A stretch of DNA of 64,000 nucleotides from assembly GCA_963924565.1 (NCBI GenBank), contig OZ004609.1, positions 5,208,001 through 5,272,000 on the forward strand, read 5' to 3'. The stretch is from Ascidiella aspersa. Its lineage: Eukaryota. Below, one piece after another: positions 34,204 to 43,587 of the stretch. A program made the translations under genes and the position numbers. The notes under the pieces were generated by a model, which was given only the letters and a program-made list of their open reading frames with translations, was not told where the DNA came from and searched no databases. Each line of letters begins with the position of its first letter. The stretch's first letter is position 1.

Positions 34204-35370
34204 GGTGGAACAAGTTACCTTATTCAAATAGAATACTTTAAAATCGCGCGGCTAAGGCTTTATGCGAAGGCCAACTTTCAAAAACGCCAGTTTACTCAAT
34301 ATACGATTGTATGACTTCACCACCTATATAAGGGTGTCGCCAGAGAGGCGCTGGTAAGTATTCACCATGCTATGTGGTCACGTGGTACTTCGCGTTGTTC
34401 GAAATTTCTTGTCGCGCCCCGTTCGTTTCAACCGCGACATTTTTAACAAAAAATTAACGCTCAAAAAGCCAACTCAACATTGATCCCAATGCATATCGCG
34501 CGCTGTGGCACTTCAAAGGGCGGCCTACACGCAAGAGAGAAGCGCCCTACGGTAAGTTGGAGGAAGCGTCACCTGCGAAAGCCACGGGGGTCGGGCAGAC
34601 TTGCAAAGGAGAGAGAGAAGCTGATTTTGGTTATGGGAGAGTGGGCCAGGGCTATACATGCATTTTCGCCATCTCTTAATTTGACAAAGGACGCGATTAC
34701 GCGATTTGGGGATTTTGCTACATGAATGCAATACAGTGGGGGTAGCTTGGCTAAGCGATTGATTGGTTCTAAAAAATATTCCACCGTGGTGGAGCAACTT
34801 ACCTTATTCAAATAGAATACTTTAAAATCGCGCGGCTAAGGCTTTATGCGAAGGCCAACTTTCAAAAACGCCAGTTTACTCAATATACGATTGTATGACT
34901 TCACCACCTATATAAGGGTGTCGCCAGAGAGGCGCTGGTAAGTATTCACCATGCTATGTGGTCACGTGGTACTTCGCGTTGTTCGAAATTTCTTGTCGCG
35001 CCCCGTTCGTTTCAACCGCGACATTTTTAACAAAAAATTAACGCTCAAAAAGCCAACTCAACATTGATCCCAATGCATATCGCGCGCTGTGCCACTTCAA
35101 AGGGCGGCCTACACGCAAGAGAGAAGCGCCCTACGGTAAGTTGGAGGAAGCGTCACCTGCGAAAGCCACGGGGGTCGGGCAGACTTGCAAAGGAGAGAGA
35201 GGAGCTGATTTTGGTTATGGGAGAGTGGGCCAGGGCTATACATGCATTTTCGCCATCTCTTAATTTGACAAAGGACGCGATTACGCGATTTGGGGATTTT
35301 GCTACATGAATGCAATACAGTGGGGGTAGCTTGGCTAAGCGATTGATTGGTTCTAAAAAATATTCCACCG
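34204..35370 (-). repeat. SL RNA gene tandem repeat, 2 x 584 bp
   Basis: SL exons at 34219-34234 (fused to E5) and 34803-34818 (intact). Confidence 0.95.
34769..34818 (-). ncRNA. Intact spliced-leader RNA gene
   Basis: ATTCTATTTGAATAAG|GTAAGTTGCTCCACCACGGTGGAATATTTTTTAG: Ciona-type SL exon, GT donor, TCCAC/GTGGA hairpin, Sm-like A-U6-AG; 3' end approximate. Confidence 0.9.
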
Positions 35371-35982
35371 TTTTTTTTCTCTCTCTATGGGTTTATTTAC
35401 ATTAAACAAACGATAAACAAAGGCAATATAACAAAAACGAAAAATAAGAAAAACCAAAACAAACGAAAGAATAATTTTTTATATAGTAGTTATGATAGAA
35501 ATATGCTTCGATTTTGGAGCCGGTATATATGCAGGCTATTTAATTGGGAGTCTTTTTTAAGGTAGTTTGGACTTCGCGCGGTTTTAATGTGCTGTGTTAC
35601 TTGTTGGGGAATTGGCTATTTTTGGAGATGGCATTTTATATTTTATACTAATAGCTAGGTTTTGGACTTATGTTTGTAATTGCGTTTTATATATATGTGT
35701 CGATGTTTCGCTCTTAGTTATAGGACTATGTTTTTAAGGGAATTTTATGTTTTTAAGGACTATGTTTTTAAGGGAATTTTACACGGTTGGGTGATTTGCA
35801 GTGGTATGCAGGTTGAGTTCTTATATTTATATGGACAACCATTGTTTTATATGCTACTACATCACGGTTGGGTGGTTAGCGGTATGTACGTTGATATGTT
35901 ATATGTATACTATCAGGTAATGCTTTATGTGCCACTGCACTTTGAACTATTTTAGTTCAAGTTGTTGTGAAAAGTTGAGATT

Positions 35983-36054
35983 TTCGTCGGCGGGGTTTGA
36001 ACCCGCGGTCTCAGGACTTGATACCCGGTGACTTAGCCACTCGGCTATTCAGTT
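35983..36054 (-). promoter_or_regulatory. tRNA-derived Pol III promoter in E6 3' UTR
   Basis: A box TAGCCGAGTGG; B box GGTTCAAACCC; T-arm GCGGG/CCCGC; TTTT shortly downstream. Confidence 0.75.
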
Positions 36055-37222
36055 ATTGTGAGGAGGCGGTGAAAAGAGCGTATACGAATGACTAGTTTTG
36101 AGTTAAGGGGCTGTTTAGGCTGGGCTAGCTGGAAGTCATCCGCGGTTTGCGGATAGACATTTGCGTAGGTTGCAAGGGGGGCGAAGAAAATAAAAGGCGA
36201 GGAAAACAAATGTTTTAATAAGTAATATAACATAAGGAAATTAAATCTATCTCTTGCCAAACCGACAAGGGACGGCAAAACATTAAGTAATGGTTAGGTA
36301 TTCATCCGCATTTGGCGGAGGCTTAATATGCGAATTAAAGCAATAAATGGCTTTTAATAAACAGGATAGGTACAAAAAGGCACAGAATATATATAAAAAA
36401 GCAATGTAGAATTAAGTCTGCCTCTTGCCTAACCGGCAAGGGGCGGCAAATGACTTTAGGAAATAAGTAAATAAGATATTTATTAAGTCACGTGGTTTAG
36501 CCTCATGTGCTTATTCACAAAGGAGGTTTAGGCAGTGAAATTTTTAGGCTAGGTTTTTGGATGGTTGTGTATATTAGTAAAGGGTTATGACTTATAGAGC
36601 GGTTTATGGTAAGAAGATTATGATAAGTATTATCCAGTAGAGACGGTGACGTCACATTGTTTATACACATTACAGTCACTAGGCAACAGCCAGCTGTGTT
36701 TTGTTATTGTTATTGTTTTGGTTATATCAGCTGACCATTGCCTAGTGACGGCGGTTACATTTCAGGGAAAAAGAAGAACATAGGAAGTAAGCATGTGAAA
36801 TAATAATAGCAGATGTAACAAAAAGAAAAGAGTATGGTTTAAAAGTTGTCAAATAATTTTTAAAAGTGGATTATTTCACCCAAGACTTATTTCTATGGAT
36901 TATTATGTGGATCAAGAGTTTTAAGCAAAATTTAGAGGTATGTTAAATTAAAATTCATTGTTTTAACGAAATATACATTTGTTATATAATCACAAAGCAA
37001 TTTAAAATATAGTTTTTAACAAGAAGAAAAAATTTTTTTGATAGGAATTGGGACAAAGGTCAAGTTTCGGACTCTCTGGTTATCGAGTAGAGGCTGATCA
37101 TTAAGATACAGGTATTAATATATTATGGTTATTATTATTTTTTTGAAAATTTAGCAATTGCAGTGTTAATAGTAAATGAAGTAACAGTAGAAATAATTAT
37201 TTAATCGACAAAGATATACATA

Positions 37223-40200
37223 TTAAAATATTATAAGATTTTCGCTGCCGCTGTTAAGTTCCGAAGAAGTGTCAAGGTTGTAGAACTTGACCAGTCGCTC
37301 TGGTGACAAAATGCTCGCGAAGGATTTAAATTTGGTTCTGATTTTCCAGTATGTTTTATTGATAAATTTCGTTTGATCCCATATATAATCGTTTTCGAGA
37401 TCTTGTTTTTGTTTTGCTTTAATTAGGGTAGTTTTAAAAATATTTGCTAGTTTTATTATAAAAGGGTGAGTGTTACCTTGGGCTGGGCAGTTGTATTGTA
37501 GAATGGACGTGGATAGTTCTTCAGTACAGCCTCTGTCCTCGAGGATGAATGCCTCGAGTCTTCGGGCCAATTGTTTAACTACTGGACAATGCTCTATCAT
37601 ATGTGTTATGGTGTCTTCCTCATCTCTGCAAAGCTTGCAGTGCAGTTTGAATACCCTGCCCGTTTCGTTTTGGAAAATTTGGCGGTTCATTTTGAACTTA
37701 CCCCAAAAATAGCCTTTTTGTGCTATCCGATAATTGATTTCCCGTTCCGAATTGGTGTGAAAATATTTAACGTTATTGTTCTTTAAGAGAATGGTATTCC
37801 AACTGCATTGCGAGTCCTGCAGAGGGAGGGTGGTTGGAATATATTTATTTTTAACTATTTCTTTATATAGATGCTTTTGTTTTGCTGTTTCCCAGTCAAA
37901 GCTGTTTGCAGTTTGGCTGTTGATGATGTTATGATTATATATTTTGTTGATCCATTCTGGCCTTGTTTGTAAATTTTTTGGATAAGATTGGTTATATAAT
38001 TTGGGGTTTATTGATTTAGCTTTGAATCCAAGATGGTATCTGACCCATGAGTGCCAGAAGTCGGAGATGGTGTCCAAATTTTTATAATCTTTGAGCTGCT
38101 CGAGTTGAGCAGCTTCTATTTTAGCTCCGACATCTGGCACCCATAGGCCGCCTTCTTTTACCGGTGCGATTATTTTTTTCCTCGCTACGGGTTCCATGGA
38201 GAGTGGAAACCACAAAAAGCCAAAAATGAGGGTTTGAAATTGTTTAATGTATTTTTGCCTCATCGTTAGAATTCTAGCTGTAAAGATAATTTGGGACATG
38301 ATGAGGGCTTGTATCAAGTTTATTTTACCAAAGACCGAAAGGTTTCTATATTTGTGAATTTGGATTATGTTTTTAATTTTATCAATTTTTTTTGGCCAGT
38401 TTAGCTTTTCGTGGTCTCCACTCTCCCCGTAGCAGATTCCCAGTATTTTACATTCGGTTTTTACATATTCTGGGTATACAGTGGTAACTCTATGTTTCAG
38501 GTCCTTGTTAAAAGCAATTATTTCCGTTTTTTCGACGTTGAGTTTTTGTCCGCTTATTGTTTCATATTGTTTCAAGTTTAATAAAATTTGATTAATCGAT
38601 TCTACGTTGGTGGTAAAAAAAGTGCAGTCGTCTGCATACTGTTCCAGTTTGATTTCAGTTTTTCCAAATTTTGGTCCATTGATTTTAGGGTTGTTTTTTA
38701 TTATGTGGGCTAGTACGTCGGCACTGGCTATAAAGAGTAGCATCGACAGGGAGCATCCCTGTCGTATGCCTCTTTTGATTTGAATTTCGTTGCCAAGTTT
38801 CCCGTTGATAAGTATTTGGCTGGTGATATTTTTGTATATGATTTTTATCCAGTTTATCAGGTAGTTGGGTATGCCGTACTTCTCCAAGACCCTGATCGCG
38901 AAGCCAATGTCGACGCGGTCAAAGGCCTTGGAGAAGTCGGTGAGAACTAAAGCAAGCGGTTGTGTGTGTGATTTAGCATATTGTGATGCGGCTTTAATGT
39001 TATAGTGTATGTGTTGTATTGATCTGTTTTTTAGGCCGCATTTTTGATTTAGTGAGATTTTTTGATCTAGGTGTTGTGTAAGTCTGTTTGTGAGTGTTTT
39101 AGTGATAATTTTGTAATCTGTGTTGAGAAGAGAGATTGGTCTCCAGTTTTTTATTTGATTTTTATCTCCTTTTTTTGGTATTAATTTAACGACGGCCTTT
39201 CTCATGGACTTTGGCATTACATTTTGTAGGTAAATATTATTCACTAATTCTGTCAAGTCCAGTTTTAGTTGGGGCCAAAAGGTTATATAGAATTCTACCG
39301 GTAGGCCGTCGCAACCTGGAGACGAACCTCTGTTCATTTTGTTTATTGCTTGCTTTAGTTCTCGGGTGGTTATAAATAGTTGAGTTTTTGATGTGGGGGA
39401 TGTTCTAATTGTTTTCAGGATTTTCTTTTGTTTTTTACGTTTTACTGTGGGGTTTTGTCCCCACAGTTCGTCGTAAAAGGTGTGGATTATGGTTTCAATT
39501 TTTTGTGGGTTTGTTGTTGGGTTTTGATTTATCGGGTCGGTTAATTTGTGGATGCCGGTGTTGGTATTTCGGGTTTTCTCTTTTAAATAGAATTGGGTAT
39601 TAGGTATTTCGTCATTTTCAAAGTTTATGATTTTGGCTCGTTTTTTGGCTCCTTCCAGGATATTGTTTTCGTAGTCTTTGATTTTTTGTTTTGTTTCTAG
39701 GTATGTTTTGTTTGTTTGTAATTGCTGAGGGTCTATTTTTTCCATTAATGATTTTAAAGTTTGGGCGTATACTCGTTGTTGTTTTTCTTGTTGTTTTTTA
39801 AAATTGATGGAGAATGTTTTGGATTTTTTCCGAATTGATGATTTAAGATCTTCCCACCAATTTGATATGTGATGGTAGTCACATTTTTTTGTTTGCCAAT
39901 GCGCCAAATGTTCCCTTATTAAAGTTTTGTATTCCTCATTCTCCATCAATTGACAGTTCAATTTCCATATGCCTTTTCCCCATTTGGTCTGGGAGTTAAG
40001 TTTGATTTTAATAAAAGGGGATTGGGAATGGTCCGAAAAGGCATATGGAAAGTGCCCTGCTTGGTTGATCCAGGATGACAGGCTCTTGGTGTGGTAGATC
40101 CTGTCAATCCTGGATGCGGCTTTCCGTGCTATATACGTGTATGTTTTTTTGTGGGGGTAGAATAGTCGAAAGGAGTCAACTAAATCAAGTTGACTCCTCT

Positions 40201-40813
40201 CGACTATCCACCTCCTGGTTGCGATGTTTTGCCGTTGCCTGGTTGCGGTGTTGTCCTTGGGGTATTCAGTAAAATTGAAATCACCAAGGACGATATGGTT
40301 ATGACTATATTTATGGTTATGGCTATGTTTACGGTTATGGTTATGATTATGTTTATGGGGCTGCTTGATATCGTCTAGGACGGTGTCAAGCATCTCAAAG
40401 CGGGTTTTGACTTTTATTGAGCCTTCCCCAGACGGCAGATATAGATTATATATATTTATTTGTTCGTTTTCTTGTTTGTCGTCTGGGGACCATTCTATTG
40501 TTATTTGTTGGATTCTATCCGGGATGATTATTTTATGTTTTATACTATGTTTATTTAATTTGTCGAGGAAGGAGCCGTTGACTAAAAAAGCCGTGCCGGC
40601 GAAATTTAGATTAGAGTTAGTAGTGTTAGGATAGAAGATTATATTATGTTTATTTAGGATTGCATTAAATTTGGTAATATTAAAGTTATGAGTTTCCTGT
40701 ATACCCAGAATATGTATATTGTTTAGATTTACAAATGATAGAACACTGTCCAGTTTCTTACTTAATGAATTTACGTTGACAGAGGCTATCCTGATTTCGC
40801 CATCCACGTCCAT
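37223..40813 (-). CDS. E6 ORF2: APE endonuclease-RT, 1196 aa
   Basis: NVNS, QETH, GDFNF, RIDR, SDH; PGCDG, NWRPIS, DFSKAFDRV, QGCSLS, YADD; CKLC...H....C. Confidence 0.97.
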   Translation of the reverse strand: MDVDGEIRIASVNVNSLSKKLDSVLSFVNLNNIHILGIQETHNFNITKFNAILNKHNIIFYPNTTNSNLNFAGTAFLVNGSFLDKLNKHSIKHKIIIPDRIQQITIEWSPDDKQENEQINIYNLYLPSGEGSIKVKTRFEMLDTVLDDIKQPHKHNHNHNRKHSHNHKYSHNHIVLGDFNFTEYPKDNTATRQRQNIATRRWIVERSQLDLVDSFRLFYPHKKTYTYIARKAASRIDRIYHTKSLSSWINQAGHFPYAFSDHSQSPFIKIKLNSQTKWGKGIWKLNCQLMENEEYKTLIREHLAHWQTKKCDYHHISNWWEDLKSSIRKKSKTFSINFKKQQEKQQRVYAQTLKSLMEKIDPQQLQTNKTYLETKQKIKDYENNILEGAKKRAKIINFENDEIPNTQFYLKEKTRNTNTGIHKLTDPINQNPTTNPQKIETIIHTFYDELWGQNPTVKRKKQKKILKTIRTSPTSKTQLFITTRELKQAINKMNRGSSPGCDGLPVEFYITFWPQLKLDLTELVNNIYLQNVMPKSMRKAVVKLIPKKGDKNQIKNWRPISLLNTDYKIITKTLTNRLTQHLDQKISLNQKCGLKNRSIQHIHYNIKAASQYAKSHTQPLALVLTDFSKAFDRVDIGFAIRVLEKYGIPNYLINWIKIIYKNITSQILINGKLGNEIQIKRGIRQGCSLSMLLFIASADVLAHIIKNNPKINGPKFGKTEIKLEQYADDCTFFTTNVESINQILLNLKQYETISGQKLNVEKTEIIAFNKDLKHRVTTVYPEYVKTECKILGICYGESGDHEKLNWPKKIDKIKNIIQIHKYRNLSVFGKINLIQALIMSQIIFTARILTMRQKYIKQFQTLIFGFLWFPLSMEPVARKKIIAPVKEGGLWVPDVGAKIEAAQLEQLKDYKNLDTISDFWHSWVRYHLGFKAKSINPKLYNQSYPKNLQTRPEWINKIYNHNIINSQTANSFDWETAKQKHLYKEIVKNKYIPTTLPLQDSQCSWNTILLKNNNVKYFHTNSEREINYRIAQKGYFWGKFKMNRQIFQNETGRVFKLHCKLCRDEEDTITHMIEHCPVVKQLARRLEAFILEDRGCTEELSTSILQYNCPAQGNTHPFIIKLANIFKTTLIKAKQKQDLENDYIWDQTKFINKTYWKIRTKFKSFASILSPERLVKFYNLDTSSELNSGSENLIIF

Positions 40814-41000
40814 TCCGTCCGGTGAGAGGGATCACTGTGGAGAAAATGAGTATGATGAGCGACTGGCCAAGGAGGAAGAATTATACATGAAATAAAAACT
40901 ACGATTACGGTTATGATTATAATTACAGTTACGTTTACGATTATGATATGCTTTGTTATGGAATTGGTGTTCGTGTGAATGTGTGTGATGCCTAGCTTGG

Positions 41001-42329
41001 TCAGCATCCTTTCTTTTTCTTTCTGTTTTTTCTTTTTTGGCGTTGGGGTGGGGTTCCGTCGGTTGGGGTGTCGGTGGTGCTGAGTGTTCTTTTGTTACTG
41101 CTAGGGTCATGGCCTTCAGATTCAGTGCTTTCAGATTCGTCGGAGCTGGGAGCTTCTTGCTGGAATTTGGAGATTAGATTTGAAACTAGTGTTGGGCTTG
41201 GGATTATGATCCGCGGGGATTGGACATCAGTGGACGACAGGGGGTGGTGGGTGGGGGTGTGATAGGTGGAGTTAACGGATTGATTTTGTATGATTGCATG
41301 GGAGGTTGAAGGGCGTTGGGGTCGGGGAGGTGGGGAGTTTTGGGCAGGGGGTGGAGGTGGGGGAGAGAGGGTGCTGCGGGAAGGGGACAGGTGATTGGGT
41401 TGCGAGGTGTGTAGCTGGTCTGGTTTGGGTTCATCAGGTTTGTTTGCTTGGTTGTGGTTGTTTTCGTTGTCGGAATTGCTGGATTGGTTTTCATCGATTA
41501 CGAGGTTAGAGTTGTTGTTGTCGGATAGGTCAGAGGGTACGTCATCTTGCCTTAGGCTTTCAGAGGATTGGTTAGGATTTTTATTTGGTTTGTTTGCTGC
41601 ATTTTGGTTTGTAATAGCTGGGAATTCTTCATTGTATTTTTCTTGGTTGGTGATTTCTTCTGGATTTTTGTTGGTTGTCGCAGAGGGTGATGTACCCTCT
41701 TGGCTTTTGTTTGGTTGGTTTGCGTTATTTTTTTGTGGACACTGGTTAGACCAGTGTCCCCTTTGGCGGCAGAATCGGCAGTTCGGGCCGAATGATTCGC
41801 CTGGTTTTATCACCTGTATGCGGTTTTGAAAGATTGAAATTTCAGTTGGGATATTTGAGATTATTGGTTCTTCTAGGCTGAGGTTGACGTAACCGTTTCG
41901 GATTTCTGGGTGGTTTCTGTGAGATAACCATTGGTGATTTTTATATTTTCCCCAGCTTAGCTTGCTGGGGAGGGCTTCTAATCGGTCGTCTGGTAGTTCA
42001 AATGGGACGGGGAAGAGGGTTATACGGTATAGGGGTTTGGAGGGGGTAAAGGATTGGAGGAGGATTTGGGTGCCGTCCACCTCAATCCTCTCCCCGCGGA
42101 TGTATTTTTCGTGTAGTTGGTTTCTAATGTGTTGTTGCTGGTTTTTGAAAGTAATTGTAAAGATTTTTTTTTCCCTGTTCAGAGTTCGAATGCCAATAAT
42201 TGATGTTTTATAGTGGTGCAGTGGTTGACGTTCTTGGATTAAATTGAAAAAGTTTTCTAGGGTGAATGGTCCGGTGGTCGAGATTTGAATGTTGATCGTA
42301 TGATCCTGGCATAGCGTAGAGGTCGCCAT
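41001..42329 (-). CDS. E6 ORF1 (family C), single CCHC knuckle, 442 aa
   Basis: CRFCRQRGHWSNQC; ATG at 42329 (MATSTL). Confidence 0.92.
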   Translation of the reverse strand: MATSTLCQDHTINIQISTTGPFTLENFFNLIQERQPLHHYKTSIIGIRTLNREKKIFTITFKNQQQHIRNQLHEKYIRGERIEVDGTQILLQSFTPSKPLYRITLFPVPFELPDDRLEALPSKLSWGKYKNHQWLSHRNHPEIRNGYVNLSLEEPIISNIPTEISIFQNRIQVIKPGESFGPNCRFCRQRGHWSNQCPQKNNANQPNKSQEGTSPSATTNKNPEEITNQEKYNEEFPAITNQNAANKPNKNPNQSSESLRQDDVPSDLSDNNNSNLVIDENQSSNSDNENNHNQANKPDEPKPDQLHTSQPNHLSPSRSTLSPPPPPPAQNSPPPRPQRPSTSHAIIQNQSVNSTYHTPTHHPLSSTDVQSPRIIIPSPTLVSNLISKFQQEAPSSDESESTESEGHDPSSNKRTLSTTDTPTDGTPPQRQKRKNRKKKKGC

Positions 42330-43587
42330 GCTGACCAAGCTAGAGTTGTTTTTATTTTATTTATGTGTTTTGCAGTGTTGATTTTCGCTTTTTTGTTATG
42401 AATAAAATTGCACGGATATATGGTTTTGAATTATTGATATAAAAGTATATAAAAGTATGTATGGGCAAAGATATAGTTGTATAAAAGTATATAAATAGAT
42501 TAGCTTATGATGTATAAATATATGATCTGACACAAAATGGCGGATTAAATGGTGTTAACAGTAGGTTTTAGGCGGGAAAACGGGGACAAATTTAGGACAC
42601 AAAATGGCGGCAAATAAATTTTTATGTTTAAATTTGAAGAGCCTGGCAGCCCTGCCGTCGGCGGGAGCTAGAGGGACTGCTGTCAATCAAGCCGACTACG
42701 TCGGCAAGACTGACAGGAGCCCACGCAGTAGCCGCACGCCCAACAAACGGGAGGCCAGTCTATTCTTGCTAAGTTTTTACTGTTATATTACTAATGGTTG
42801 TTGACTTTCAAACACAAAAAACACCTGCAAAACTGCACACAACCTGAACACAAGGCTGCTGCAGCCGAACTAAACTTGTAAGCTCCACAAATAATAAAAA
42901 ATAAATGGAAAAAATTGAAAAAAGATGGAAAAAATGGAAAAAACGGAAAAAAAAAAAAAAAAACGCAAAAAAGCAGCGGGCAGCGGGATTCCCTTTGAAT
43001 CGGGTAGTTGCTGGGTCCAACGAGTGGAGCAATTTACCTTATTCAAATAGAATACTTTAAAATCGCGCGGCTAAGGCTTTATGCGAAGGCCAACTTTCAA
43101 AAACGCCAGTTTACTCAATATACGATTGTATGACTTCACCACCTATATAAGGGTGTCGCCAGAGAGGCGCTGGTAAGTATTCACCATGCTATGTGGTCAC
43201 GTGGTACTTCGCGTTGTTCGAAATTTCTTGTCGCGCCCCGTTCGTTTCAACCGCGACATTTTTAACAAAAAATTAACGCTCAAAAAGCCAACTCAACATT
43301 GATCCCAATGCATATCGCGCGCTGTGCCACTTCAAAGGGCGGCCTACACGCAAGAGAGAAGCGCCCTACGGTAAGTTGGAGGAAGCGTCACCTGCGAAAG
43401 CCACGGGGGTCGGGCAGACTTGCAAAGGAGAGAGAGGAGCTGATTTTGGTTATGGGAGAGTGGGCCAGGGCTATACATGCATTTTCGCCATCTCTTAATT
43501 TGACAAAGGACGCGATTACGCGATTTGGGGATTTTGCTACATGAATGCAATACAGTGGGGGTAGCTTGGCTAAGCGATTGATTGGTT

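Larger units (their letters stand above)
35371..43023 (-). mobile_element. E6: full-length intact family C L1/Tx1-like element
   Basis: Intact ORFs, 3' UTR about 1.85 kb, AATAAA-(AG)n-poly(A) joined to CGGTGGAATAT of the SL intron. Confidence 0.95.
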
